From Intrasporangium sp. (GTDB lineage Bacteria; Actinomycetota; Actinomycetes; Actinomycetales; Dermatophilaceae): DNA of 46,300 nt. A program made the position numbers and the translations under genes. A model generated the notes under the pieces. The model saw only the letters and a program-made list of their open reading frames with translations. It was not told the origin of the DNA and ran no database searches. Location: NCBI GenBank assembly GCA_035707905.1, contig DASSTN010000219.1, positions 1 through 46,300 on the forward strand, given 5' to 3'. Positions 10,132 to 19,818 of this stretch are shown piece by piece (the first letter of the stretch is position 1; each line of letters begins with the position of its first letter).

Positions 10132-11199
10132 ATGACACCGTTGTCACCGAGGGCGACAGCGACCCGCCCGACCATGGCGGACGTCGCGGCCGAGGCGAAC
10201 GTCTCGGTCAAGACGGTGTCCCGCGTCGTCAACCACGAGGACGGGGTGCGGCCGGACACTGCGGCCCGAGTCGTCGCCGTCATGGAGCGGCTCGGGTTCC
10301 GACGGATCGACAACACCCGTCCCCTTCGGCTCGGCCGGACGAACACCATCGGCCTGGTCGTCGAGGACCTCGCCAACCCGTTCTACTCCCAGATCGGGGC
10401 CGCCGTGGAGCGCGAGGCGCGCATCCGGCAGCACCAGCTCATCACCGCCTCTGCCGAGGGGTCGCCCAGCCGGGAGCGCGCCGTGCTCGCGGAGCTCCTT
10501 GCCCGCCGGGTCGACGGCCTCGTCGTCGTGCCGGCCGGTGCCACGCCCAGCGTCGACGCCGACGTGCTGGCGAGCGGCACCCCGATCGTGTACCTCGACC
10601 GCCCGGTCCGCGGCGAGGCCGACATGATCCTCAGCGACAACCATGGTGGGATCCGCAGTGCGATGGAGCACCTGGTTGCCCACGGGCACCGCCGCGTCGG
10701 GTTCCTCGGCGACGACCCCGAGTTCTGGACCGCTCGACAGCGGCGTGAGGCCTTCGTCGGCGTCCACGGCGACCTGCATCTGCCCGGCACGCCACTGGTC
10801 TCCATGGGCCCGCACACCGTCGCCACGGTCGGCGAGGCCCTGACCACGTGGACCCGCAGCAAGGACCCGGTCACGGCGATCATCACCGGCAACAACCGGA
10901 TCACGGTCCACACCCTGCGGGCGATGCGCCGGCTGGGCCTGCCGCTCGCACTCGTCGGCTACGACGACTTCGAGCTCGCCGACCTCATCGATCCGCCCGT
11001 CACGGTGATCCACCAGGACCCGGCGGCCATGGGCCAGCGAGCCGCCCAGCAGCTCTTCGCCCGGTTGCTCGGCGAGGAGCCGCGGGCTACCACGGTCGTC
11101 ATGCCGACCCGGCTCATCGTCCGCGCCTCCGGCCACCACCAGCGTGAGCGTGCCTCCGCCACCCCCGCCCGACCCCAGTCTGGAGGCCAGCGCGTATGA
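10132..11199 (+). CDS. LacI family transcriptional regulator
   Basis: RPTMADVAAEANVSVKTVSRVVN HTH; HGHRRVGF, VGYDD; the real start lies well inside the 9085 ORF. Confidence 0.92.
   Translation: MTPLSPRATATRPTMADVAAEANVSVKTVSRVVNHEDGVRPDTAARVVAVMERLGFRRIDNTRPLRLGRTNTIGLVVEDLANPFYSQIGAAVEREARIRQHQLITASAEGSPSRERAVLAELLARRVDGLVVVPAGATPSVDADVLASGTPIVYLDRPVRGEADMILSDNHGGIRSAMEHLVAHGHRRVGFLGDDPEFWTARQRREAFVGVHGDLHLPGTPLVSMGPHTVATVGEALTTWTRSKDPVTAIITGNNRITVHTLRAMRRLGLPLALVGYDDFELADLIDPPVTVIHQDPAAMGQRAAQQLFARLLGEEPRATTVVMPTRLIVRASGHHQRERASATPARPQSGGQRV
10133..10146. promoter_or_regulatory. Putative LacI-type operator
   Basis: TGACACCGTTGTCA dyad with central CG overlapping the lacI start codon. Confidence 0.6.
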
Positions 11200-12317
11200 C
11201 GCTGAGCTCGCGCCCGTCCGCCCCCGCGGCCCCGATCCGGCTGGGAGTCAACACTCCCCATCGGTTCTACCGCGGCGGCGGCAAGATCCTGGCCTTCCGT
11301 GGCGTCGAGGTCCCTGAGGGCTTCGACGGCTACCGGCCCGAGGACTGGCTCGCCTCCACGACGCGGCTCTTCGCCGAGGGCGGGGACGGCCAGACCGTCC
11401 TGCCCGACGGGACCGACCTCGCCAGCGCGCTTCAGGCCGACCCCGACGGCTGGCTGGGGCCCGAGCACACCGCCGCCTACGGCCGGGAGCCGAACATCCT
11501 GACCAAGCTGCTCGACGCCGGTGAGCGGCTGCCCGTGCACTCCCACCCCGACCGCACCTTCGCCGCCCGGCACCTCGACTGCGCCCACGGCAAGACCGAG
11601 GCATGGATCGTCCTCGACGCAGACCCCGGCGCCGCGGTCTGGCTCGGGTTCCGCGAGGACCTCGACGCCGACACCCTCGCCGAGCTCGTCGAGGCCCAGG
11701 ACGACCGGCTCCTCGAGGCGCTCAACCGCGTCGAGGTGCGCCGCGGTGACACGGTGCTCGTGCCGGCCGGGCAGCCGCATGCGATCGGCGAGGGTGTCTT
11801 CGTCCTCGAGATCCAGGAGCCGACCGACCTGTCCGTCATGCTCGAGCACGCCCGCTTCGGCCTCGAGGAGGCCCACGCCTTCCTGGGCCTGCCACGCCCG
11901 GTCGCCCTCGAGAGCGTCGACCAGCACCGGCTCGGCCCCGAGCGCGTCGACGAGCTGCGTCGCACCTGGGCCGGTGTCGAGGGCGCGGCCAGTGCGCTGC
12001 CCGAGGAGGCCGCCGAGTTCTTCCGAGCCGAGGTGGTGACCGCCACCCCGGCCGCCCCCGTCGTCGCCCCCGAGGGGTTCGCCGTCACCGTCGTCGTCGC
12101 CGGCTCAGGCACCCTCACGACCGGCGGCGACCCGATGCCGATCCGCTCCGGCGACGTGCTGCTCGTGCCGCACGCGGCCGGACCCCTCCGGCTCGAGGGT
12201 GATGTCACCCTCATCCGGTGCCTGCCGCCGCTCCCGGCGCAGGCCCCGCCCACCCCCACCAGCCAGTCACCCGGACCACGGGTGGCGCAGCCGTCGACCG
12301 ACGCCCGCCAGGCGTGA
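11196..12317 (+). CDS. Class I mannose-6-phosphate isomerase-like cupin
   Basis: KLLDAGERLPVHSHP, GKTEAW, VPAGQPHAIG, EIQEPTD. Confidence 0.8.
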   Translation: MTLSSRPSAPAAPIRLGVNTPHRFYRGGGKILAFRGVEVPEGFDGYRPEDWLASTTRLFAEGGDGQTVLPDGTDLASALQADPDGWLGPEHTAAYGREPNILTKLLDAGERLPVHSHPDRTFAARHLDCAHGKTEAWIVLDADPGAAVWLGFREDLDADTLAELVEAQDDRLLEALNRVEVRRGDTVLVPAGQPHAIGEGVFVLEIQEPTDLSVMLEHARFGLEEAHAFLGLPRPVALESVDQHRLGPERVDELRRTWAGVEGAASALPEEAAEFFRAEVVTATPAAPVVAPEGFAVTVVVAGSGTLTTGGDPMPIRSGDVLLVPHAAGPLRLEGDVTLIRCLPPLPAQAPPTPTSQSPGPRVAQPSTDARQA

Positions 12318-12345
12318 CGTCGACGGACCGATGAAGGAGAAACAG

Positions 12346-13662
12346 ATGCGCAGCAGGAACGTTGCATCCGCAGCGATCGCCGGTCTCGTCGCGGTGGCGC
12401 TCGCGGCGTGCGGCAGCAACACCCAGACCGGCGACACCGGCAACGCCAACGCCCCGACGACGCCGCTCCAGACCAAGTCCGGTGGTGCCGGTGGCGACGT
12501 GGGCGTCTTCACCTGGTGGGCCGCCGGGTCCGAGAAGGCGGGGCTCGACGCCCTCGTCAAGCTGTTCAACGAGAAGTACCCGAACGACAAGTTCGTCAAC
12601 CTGGCCGTGGCCGGCGGCGCGGGCTCGAACGCGAAGGCCAAGCTCGCCTCCGACCTGCAGAACAACCAGCCGCCGGACTCCTTCCAAGGCCACGCCGGCG
12701 CCGAGCTGCTCGACTACATCGACAAGGGCCAGATCGAGCCCGTCAACGACGTCATCAAGGCGCTCGGTGGCGAGTCGGTCTTCCCGAAGGACCTGCTCGA
12801 CCGGCTCACCGTCGAGGGCAACATCTACTCGGTCCCATCGAACATCCACCGCGCCAACGTCGTCTGGGCCAATGTCGCCGTGCTCAAGAAGGCCGGCATC
12901 AACGAGGCTCCCAAGGACCTCAAGGCGTGGATGGCGGACATGGACAAGGTCAAGGCGTCCGGCGTCTCGACCCCGCTCTCCGTCTCGGGCACGTGGACCC
13001 AGGTCCAGCTCCTGGAGAACGTCCTCATCGCCGATCTCGGCGTCGACGGCTACAGCGGCCTGTTCGACGGCAAGACCAAGTGGGACTCCAACGAGGTCAA
13101 GCAGGCCGTCGCCGACTACAAGAAGCTGCTCAGCTATGCCAACACCGCCTCCGACGGCGACGACTGGCCGGTCGCGACCGACATGGTCATCGACGGCAAG
13201 GCCGCCTACAACGTCATGGGCGACTGGGCCGTGGCCGAGTTCAACGACAAGGGCAAGAAGCAGGACCAGGACTGGACGTGGTTCCCGACCCCGGGCACCG
13301 ACGGCGTCTTCGACTTCCTCGCCGACTCCTTCACCCTGCCCAAGGGTGCGAAGAACCCCGGCGGCACGAAGGACTGGCTCATGCTGATCGGCTCGGCCGA
13401 GGGCCAGAAGGCCTTCAACCTGGCCAAGGGCTCGATCCCCGCTCGCACGGACGTCCCGGCGAGTGACTTCCCGGCCTACCAGCAGGCGGCGATGAAGGCG
13501 TTCAAGGACAACAAGATCGTCTCGTCGATCGCGCACGGCGCCGCCGTGTCCCTGGCCTGGAACGCGGACATCTCGACCGCGGTCTCGAAGTTCTACGCCT
13601 CCAAGGACGAGAGCCAGCTCGTGAGCGACCTCGCGGCCGCCGCGAAGAAGAACCTCGGCTGA
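12346..13662 (+). CDS. Sugar ABC transporter substrate-binding lipoprotein (glucose/mannose type)
   Basis: Lipobox LAAC; FTWW..G.E, PPDSFQGHAG, NIHRANVVW, VMGDW, KGSIPAR; RBS AAGGAG. Confidence 0.92.
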   Translation: MRSRNVASAAIAGLVAVALAACGSNTQTGDTGNANAPTTPLQTKSGGAGGDVGVFTWWAAGSEKAGLDALVKLFNEKYPNDKFVNLAVAGGAGSNAKAKLASDLQNNQPPDSFQGHAGAELLDYIDKGQIEPVNDVIKALGGESVFPKDLLDRLTVEGNIYSVPSNIHRANVVWANVAVLKKAGINEAPKDLKAWMADMDKVKASGVSTPLSVSGTWTQVQLLENVLIADLGVDGYSGLFDGKTKWDSNEVKQAVADYKKLLSYANTASDGDDWPVATDMVIDGKAAYNVMGDWAVAEFNDKGKKQDQDWTWFPTPGTDGVFDFLADSFTLPKGAKNPGGTKDWLMLIGSAEGQKAFNLAKGSIPARTDVPASDFPAYQQAAMKAFKDNKIVSSIAHGAAVSLAWNADISTAVSKFYASKDESQLVSDLAAAAKKNLG

Positions 13663-13686
13663 GTTCCGCTCAGCCCCAACCAAACC

Positions 13687-13724
13687 GGAGGTATGCCGCT
13701 CACCGCGGTGAGCGGCATACCTCC
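13687..13724. repeat. 38-bp perfect palindrome built from two GTATGCCGCT motifs
   Basis: GGAGGTATGCCGCTCACCGCGGTGAGCGGCATACCTCC between the binding-protein and permease genes. Confidence 0.9.
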
Positions 13725-13759
13725 TCGGGCGGGTGGTCACCACCCGCGAAGGAGGGGTC

Positions 13760-14665
13760 ATGCGCAAGAGCCGCGACGGACTCGTCGGCTTCCTGTTCGT
13801 CCTCCCGTCGATCATCCTCGTCGGGGTCTTCGTCTACTGGTTCATCGCCCAGAACGTCTCGACGTCGTTCAACCGGGTGACGACCCGGGCCACGAAGCGT
13901 GTCCTGCACGAGGGTGGCATCTCGAACTACTCGCAGCTGTTGGGGTCGCCGGACTACCAGCACGCGCTGTTCAACCTCCTTGTCCTGACGGTCGTCTTCG
14001 TCGCCGGCACGATGCTCTTCGGCCTGCTCTGGGCGATCCTGCTCGAGAAGGGCGTGACCGCCGAGGGCGTCTTCCGGTCGATCTACCTGCTGCCGATGGC
14101 GATCTCGTTCATCGCCGCCGGCATCGTCTGGCGGTGGCTGCTCGCCCCGGGCAAGGGCGACCAGGCGTCGGGGCTCAACCAGCTCCTCGCGATGGTGGGG
14201 CTCGAACGGTTCCAGTCGAGCTGGTGGCAGTCGCCGAGCAGCTTCTCCATGGCCGCCATGGCGATTCCCGCCATCTGGCAGCTGTCCGGCTATGTCATGG
14301 CCCTCTTCCTCGCCGGCTTCCGGGGCATCAGCGAGGACCAGCGCGAGGCGGCCCGGATCGACGGTGCCTCGGAGTGGAAGATCTACCGGCACGTGCTCTT
14401 CCCGCAGCTGTCGCCGATCGCCCTGTCGGCCCTCATCATCATCGGGCACATGTCGATGAAGATGTTCGACCTCATCTACGCCATCGCCGGGCAGAACTCC
14501 TACAAGGCCTCCGTGCCCTCGACGATGATGTGGACGCAGCTGTTCCAGCAGGGTGACGCGACCGCGGCCGCCGTCAACGCGACGATCCTGCTCGTCCTCG
14601 TCGCGCTCATCGTCGTGCCCTACCTCATCTACACGAACAAGACCGAGAGGCAGGTGCGCGGATGA
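13760..14665 (+). CDS. Sugar ABC transporter permease
   Basis: EAARIDGA motif, TM helices, RBS GGAGG. Confidence 0.92.
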   Translation: MRKSRDGLVGFLFVLPSIILVGVFVYWFIAQNVSTSFNRVTTRATKRVLHEGGISNYSQLLGSPDYQHALFNLLVLTVVFVAGTMLFGLLWAILLEKGVTAEGVFRSIYLLPMAISFIAAGIVWRWLLAPGKGDQASGLNQLLAMVGLERFQSSWWQSPSSFSMAAMAIPAIWQLSGYVMALFLAGFRGISEDQREAARIDGASEWKIYRHVLFPQLSPIALSALIIIGHMSMKMFDLIYAIAGQNSYKASVPSTMMWTQLFQQGDATAAAVNATILLVLVALIVVPYLIYTNKTERQVRG

Positions 14666-15579
14666 CCGCCACGACGACCGAGCCGGTCCCCGTCGCCGAG
14701 GTCATCCCGAGGCGCAGGACGACCGGCCGCGCGCCCGGCACCGAGGGGACGCCGCTCGGGCGGACCGTCCGCTACCTGCTCCTCCTCGGGTTCGTCATCC
14801 TCATCTTCATCCCGCTCTACGTCCTGCTCGTGACGAGCTTCAAGACGAGCGGGCAGGTCACCGCCAGCGATGCCTGGACGCTGCCGTCGCTGTGGTCGGT
14901 CGCGGGGTGGAAGGCCGCCTGGTCGGCTCTCGCTCCGCCGTTGTGGCGCTCGGTGGTGCTCGCCGTGTCCGTCGCCGTCCTGTCGGCGCTGCTCGGCTCG
15001 CTCAACGGGTTCGTCTTCGCGAAGTGGCGGTTCCGGGGAGCGACGCTGGTCTTCACGCTGTTCCTGTTCGGGATGTTCATCCCCTACCAGGCGATCCTCA
15101 TCCCGTTGCAGGGCATGCTGCTCCAGATCCAGCAGGCGCCCGGGATGTCGTGGTTCGACGGCATCTGGAAGCTCATCATCGTCCACGTCATCTACGGCAT
15201 CCCGATCTGTGCCCTCATCTTCCGCAACTACTACGCGACGGCCGTGCCGACCGAGATCCTCGAGGCGGCCAAGGTCGACGGTGCAGGGACGCTGCGGACG
15301 TTCCGTTCGATCGTGCTGCCGATCTCGGCGCCGGCGTTCGTCGTGGCGATGATCTGGCAGTTCACCTCGGCCTGGAACGACTTCCTCTTCGCGCTCTTCC
15401 TGACCAACCGCAACAACGGCCCGGTCACCTACGTGCTCAACGAGCTCGCCGGCGGCCAGAACCCGGACTACCCGTCGATCATGGCGGGCGTCCTGCTCGC
15501 GTCGCTGCCGACGCTGCTCGTCTACGTCATCCTCGGCAAGTACTTCGTCGGTGGCCTGATGAGCGGCTCGGTCAAGTAG
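14662..15579 (+). CDS. Sugar ABC transporter permease
   Basis: EAAKVDGA motif, WNDFLF, TM helices. Confidence 0.92.
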   Translation: MTATTTEPVPVAEVIPRRRTTGRAPGTEGTPLGRTVRYLLLLGFVILIFIPLYVLLVTSFKTSGQVTASDAWTLPSLWSVAGWKAAWSALAPPLWRSVVLAVSVAVLSALLGSLNGFVFAKWRFRGATLVFTLFLFGMFIPYQAILIPLQGMLLQIQQAPGMSWFDGIWKLIIVHVIYGIPICALIFRNYYATAVPTEILEAAKVDGAGTLRTFRSIVLPISAPAFVVAMIWQFTSAWNDFLFALFLTNRNNGPVTYVLNELAGGQNPDYPSIMAGVLLASLPTLLVYVILGKYFVGGLMSGSVK

Positions 15580-15597
15580 CGCACCTCTCTTTCCCCG

Positions 15598-15668
15598 GCA
15601 ACACACCGGGTTGTCGACAACACCCCGGGTTCCGCGCCCGGGGTGTTGTCGACAAGCCGGTGCGTTCC
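15598..15668. repeat. About 70-bp palindromic element or bidirectional terminator
   Basis: TTGTCGACAACACCCCGGG-7 nt-CCCGGGGTGTTGTCGACAA between convergent genes; related copy at 29125-29195. Confidence 0.8.
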
Positions 15669-15684
15669 AGCGACTGCCCTCGGC

Positions 15685-16998
15685 TCAGTCGAGGTCGGCG
15701 GCCGGCTGGCCGACGCCCCGCTGGACCGTGTCGTCGGTCTGCGGCGCCGGCATCTTCGTGATCATCGGCAGGACGATCGACACGAGGGCGATGATGCCCA
15801 TGACCGTGTAGCCCGTCACATAGTTCTTGTCGGGGCCGATGAGCGCCGCGATGATCGGCGGGCCGATGATCCCGCCCAGGCTCCACCCGAGGATCATCAG
15901 GCCGTAGATCGCTCCCGCGTACCTGACGCCGAAGAAGTCTCCTGCCGTGGCCGGCATCGTGCCGAACCCGCCGCCGTAGCAAAGGTAGACGACGGCGCCG
16001 AGGATGAAGAAGAGGGCCGTGTTGGCGGCATGGGGGACGAGGAGCAGGCACACGCCCTGCAGGCCGAGCATGAGGGCGAAGGCCGTCATCCGACCGGTGA
16101 AGCCGGACACCCACGCCCAGAAGATGCGGCCACCGCCGTTGAAGAGCGCGAAGGCTCCCACCACGGAGGCTGCGGCTGTCGATGAGTATCCAGGAACGTC
16201 GATCGCCGTGGAGTTCGCCTGGCTGATGAGGGCGATGCCGACCGTGACGTTGAGCGTCAGGACCGCCGTGAGCAGGTACCACTGCGGGGTCCGCAGGGCC
16301 TCCTTCTCGGTGTACTGCTTCGCGCTGTCGCGGGTGCGCCCTGTCGTGGCCGGCACCCATCCGGGCACGGCATAGCCCTCCGGCGGGTTGCGGAAGACCG
16401 AGGCACCGGCGACCGCGAGGACGAGGTAGCCGATCCCGAGGGGCAGGAAGGCCCAGTTCGGCTCGGCCGGGTTCTTGTCGATGAGCCAGCGGGCCACGGG
16501 CGCGGTGACGACCGCACCGAAGCCGAAGCCCGCGACCGCGAGACCTGTGATGAGGCCGCGCTTGTCGGGGAACCACTTCTGCAGCATGGCGATCGGCACG
16601 ATGTAGGCGAAGCCGAGACCGAAACCGCTGATGACGCCGTAGCCGAGGATGAGGATCCACAGCTGGCCCGGCTCACGGGCGAAGGACGCGATGATGCAGC
16701 CCACCGCGTAGACGAAGCCACCGACCAGCGCGACGGGCCGCGGCCCCCGCCGGTCCTGGATCCGCCCGCCGAGGTAGCTGCCGATGAAGATCATCCCGAT
16801 CGTCACCGTGAACGGCAGGGATGCCTCCGCATTGCTGAGGCCCATCGCGGTGTCCTTCTTCAGCGCCGTGTTGAACACGCTCCAGGCGTAGACGCCGCCG
16901 ATGGACAGCTGGAGGAGGAGAGCGCCGATGACGATCCACCATCGGCCGCGGGTTGGGTTGTCGGTGGCTGCCGCGTGGCTGCCCGTCGCCGTTGACAT
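15685..16998 (-). CDS. OFA (oxalate/formate antiporter) family MFS transporter
   Basis: GGVYAWSVF, KWFPDKRGLITGLAVAGFGFG, FNGGGRIFW, YGGGFGTMPA. Confidence 0.9.
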   Translation of the reverse strand: MSTATGSHAAATDNPTRGRWWIVIGALLLQLSIGGVYAWSVFNTALKKDTAMGLSNAEASLPFTVTIGMIFIGSYLGGRIQDRRGPRPVALVGGFVYAVGCIIASFAREPGQLWILILGYGVISGFGLGFAYIVPIAMLQKWFPDKRGLITGLAVAGFGFGAVVTAPVARWLIDKNPAEPNWAFLPLGIGYLVLAVAGASVFRNPPEGYAVPGWVPATTGRTRDSAKQYTEKEALRTPQWYLLTAVLTLNVTVGIALISQANSTAIDVPGYSSTAAASVVGAFALFNGGGRIFWAWVSGFTGRMTAFALMLGLQGVCLLLVPHAANTALFFILGAVVYLCYGGGFGTMPATAGDFFGVRYAGAIYGLMILGWSLGGIIGPPIIAALIGPDKNYVTGYTVMGIIALVSIVLPMITKMPAPQTDDTVQRGVGQPAADLD

Positions 16999-17141
16999 GG
17001 GTGCCCCTTTCGGTCGTGGCCCACCGGAGGTCGGGACCGCGCGGGCCGTCCTGCTTCACATACCCACGGATCGAGGCCGTCCTCGGTTCAGGCTCCCGCC
17101 GAATTCGTGCCTCGGGCTCCGCACCGCATACACTGGCGGCC

Positions 17142-17230
17142 GGCACCCCACGTGGTGGTACCTCTCCGAACTCCCCCAGGGCGGGAACGCAGCAAGGGTA
17201 GGAGAGCTCTTCCAGGTACGTGGGGTGTCC
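17142..17230 (+). ncRNA. ffs: Bacterial small SRP RNA (4.5S)
   Basis: Helix-8 core CCAGGGCGGGAACGCAGCAAGG; terminal stem GGCACCCCACGT/ACGTGGGGTGTC; -10 TACACT at 17129-17134. Confidence 0.9.
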
Positions 17231-17265
17231 TCCTTTCCGTCCCCGCCCGATCGGAGGTGGCGCCC

Positions 17266-18528
17266 GTGGTCGCTCGTCGTCCCGGGACACCTCAGCCCTC
17301 GACCGTGGCCCTGGCGCGGCGTGCCGTCTTCACCGCCTTCGCCGTCAACGGCGCGGCCTTCGCCGGCTTCGCCTCCCGGGTGCCCGACATCAAGCACACC
17401 CTGGGGCTGAGCGCGGGGGAGCTCGGCGTGACCCTCCTCGCGCTGTCGGTGGGGTCGGTGCTCGGCCTGCCCCTGTCCGGGTGGTTCGTCCACCGGTTCG
17501 GCGCAGCCCGGACGGTGCTGGGTGCCGGGCTCGTCCAGGCGGCCGGCCTGCTCCTCGTCGGGGTCGGCGTCAGCGTGCTCGGGGACCGGGCCGTCGTGAT
17601 GGCCGCGCTGTTCCTGACCGGTCTAGGGGTCGGTGTCTTCGACGTCGGCATGAACCTCGAGGGCGCGTCGGTGGAGCGCCTGCTCGGCCGGTCGGTCATG
17701 CCGCACTTCCACGCGATGTTCAGCGGTGGAACCGTGCTGTCGGCCCTCGTCGGCGCCCTCCTCTCCGGGCTGCACGTGCCGGTGGCGATCCACCTCGCCG
17801 GGGTCGCGGTCCTCGTCGTGAGCACGGTCCCCTGGTTCCTCCGCGCCTTCCTCCCGCATGCTGCGGAGGACCGCGGTCAAGAGCAGGCTTCCTCCCCTCG
17901 AGGGGAGGCCTCCTCCGGTCCGGGGCCGAGTGCCTCGCCCCGGTCCGGCAGCGCCGGGATCGGCGCGGCGTGGCGGGAACCGCGGACCCTGCTCATCGGG
18001 GTCGTCGTGCTCGCCGCTGCCTTCACCGAGGGCACGGCCAACGACTGGGTCGCCGTCGCCTTCTCCGACGGCTACGACCTGCCGCGGTGGGCGGGAGTGC
18101 TCGGTTTCGCGGTGTTCCTCACCTTCATGACGCTGGGCCGGCTGCTCGGCACTCGCCTGCTCGACTCGTACGGCCGGGTGCCAGTGCTGCGGATCCTGTT
18201 CTTCTCAGCCGTCGTCGGATGCGTCCTGGTCGTCTTCGGCGGCCCGGCGTCGGCCTTCCTCGGGGCCGCCATCTGGGGCGTCGGCGCGAGCCTGGGCTTC
18301 CCCGTCGGGATGAGTGCGGCGGCGGACGACCCCCGCCGCGCCGCCGCGCGGATGAGCGTCGTCTCGACGATCGGGTATGGCGCCTTCCTCGGCGGGCCGC
18401 CCCTGCTCGGTTTCCTCGGCGACCACGTCGGGGTGCTCCACTCGCTGCTGGCCGTTGGCGCGATGGCGGTGGTCGCCCTGCTCGCCATCCCGGCGGTGCG
18501 CGAGCCGCGGCATCCCTCCCCGGGCTGA
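17266..18528 (+). CDS. MFS transporter (fucose permease-like)
   Basis: About 12 TM; FASRVPDIK, MPHFHAMFSGG, EGTANDW, GPPLLGFLGD; start moved to GTG after GGAGGT because the ORF 5' end overlaps ffs. Confidence 0.85.
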   Translation: MVARRPGTPQPSTVALARRAVFTAFAVNGAAFAGFASRVPDIKHTLGLSAGELGVTLLALSVGSVLGLPLSGWFVHRFGAARTVLGAGLVQAAGLLLVGVGVSVLGDRAVVMAALFLTGLGVGVFDVGMNLEGASVERLLGRSVMPHFHAMFSGGTVLSALVGALLSGLHVPVAIHLAGVAVLVVSTVPWFLRAFLPHAAEDRGQEQASSPRGEASSGPGPSASPRSGSAGIGAAWREPRTLLIGVVVLAAAFTEGTANDWVAVAFSDGYDLPRWAGVLGFAVFLTFMTLGRLLGTRLLDSYGRVPVLRILFFSAVVGCVLVVFGGPASAFLGAAIWGVGASLGFPVGMSAAADDPRRAAARMSVVSTIGYGAFLGGPPLLGFLGDHVGVLHSLLAVGAMAVVALLAIPAVREPRHPSPG

Positions 18529-18571
18529 GGCGACCCGGTCACCGAGGCACTTGCGCTCGGTGCCGCCGACC

Positions 18572-19783
18572 TCAGAAGTACTCGGTCATGTAGGGCGCCC
18601 CGGCGAAGACCGCGTCGAGGGCGCGGTCCTCCTCCGGGCTGCCGCCCCTGACGAGGCCGGCCTGACGCAGGCGCGACACCGGCCAGCCGCACCAGAGCGC
18701 TGCCAGCCCTCGTGGACCCATCGTGGCCGGCAGGCCAGTCCTCGGCTCCTCGACCGGAGCTCGCTCCTCGACGAGGGCTGCGGTCGCCACGCCGGACGAG
18801 ACGGTGAGTCGCCAGGTGCCGGAGTTCACGGGCAGGTCGGTGTCCTCGACCTGCAGCCTCACCGAGGCCTCGAGGGCCGGCGAGAAGCCCCGGGCCGCAA
18901 CTGCCCCGGGCAGGTCGATGACCCGAAGCATCCACAGGTGCTGCTCGACCGTGTGTTTCGCCTCGGCCCCGGCGAGGAGGGCCACGGGGTCCCGCGGGTC
19001 GAGGTGGGCCTGCACCGTGGCGGCGGCCGACGACCCGGAGCCGACGACCCACCAGAGGCTGGCGGCGGCCTCAGGGGTCTCGGCCACGAGCGTGTCGACC
19101 TTGAGCGTCTCGTCCGCGAGGGCGTAGGAGACGAATCCCATCGGGCCACCAGCACGCCCGTCCAACACGTAGGCGATCGTCTCCTCGTCGCCGAGCTCGA
19201 CGCGCCAGGTGTCAGCGCCCGGCAGGCGTGGTCCGCTGAGGCGGTTGCGCTCCTGGTCCGAGCGCATCACCGAGTGCAGCAGCTCCGCGTCGTCGGGCAG
19301 CGCGGGCCGCGGACGCAACCCACCCGAGAGCGAGCGGAGCGCGCGAAGGTCGTGAGCGGCATACGTGAACCGGGGGAGCGGCCCACCGAACTCGTAGCCC
19401 ACACCGCGATACAGCCCGGGAGCGGTGGCGAACAGGCACGACACGGCGTCCCCCAGGGAGGCCATCCGGTCGAGGAGCCCGCGCATGAGGAGCGACGCCA
19501 CGCCGCGCCCCCGCGCGACCGGGTCGACGTAGACGCCGGCGACACCACCCATCGGCTGGTGGCGCCCGCCCCAGACCTGTTCGAAGGGGCGTGCCCGACC
19601 GGCGGCCAGGACGGTGTCGGACGCGTCGACGACGGCGAGCATCCGGCCGCCGAGCGTCTCGTCGGCGACCCGGCGCCACCAGCGCTCTCCGCCCTCGCCG
19701 AGCGGGCCGAAGGAGCGGCTGCGGATGCGCAGAATGGCGGGGAGGTCGTCCTCGGTCACGTCCCGGACACGCAGCTCCGTCAT
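18572..19783 (-). CDS. Eis-like GNAT acetyltransferase with SCP2-like C-terminus
   Basis: GVAGVYVDPVARGRGVA, LYRGVGYE, WMLRVIDLPGA, C-terminal EYF; ATG at 19783 with TACCGT 7 nt upstream. Confidence 0.88.
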   Translation of the reverse strand: MTELRVRDVTEDDLPAILRIRSRSFGPLGEGGERWWRRVADETLGGRMLAVVDASDTVLAAGRARPFEQVWGGRHQPMGGVAGVYVDPVARGRGVASLLMRGLLDRMASLGDAVSCLFATAPGLYRGVGYEFGGPLPRFTYAAHDLRALRSLSGGLRPRPALPDDAELLHSVMRSDQERNRLSGPRLPGADTWRVELGDEETIAYVLDGRAGGPMGFVSYALADETLKVDTLVAETPEAAASLWWVVGSGSSAAATVQAHLDPRDPVALLAGAEAKHTVEQHLWMLRVIDLPGAVAARGFSPALEASVRLQVEDTDLPVNSGTWRLTVSSGVATAALVEERAPVEEPRTGLPATMGPRGLAALWCGWPVSRLRQAGLVRGGSPEEDRALDAVFAGAPYMTEYF

Positions 19784-19818
19784 GGCCGTGACGGTAGCGG
19801 AAGGGCGGTCGGGGCCCC

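Noticed and set aside
16673-17265. ORFs and MFS N-terminal extension across 17.1-17.2 kb
   Set aside because: The region is ffs and promoter DNA; the MFS has an SD-supported start at 17266.
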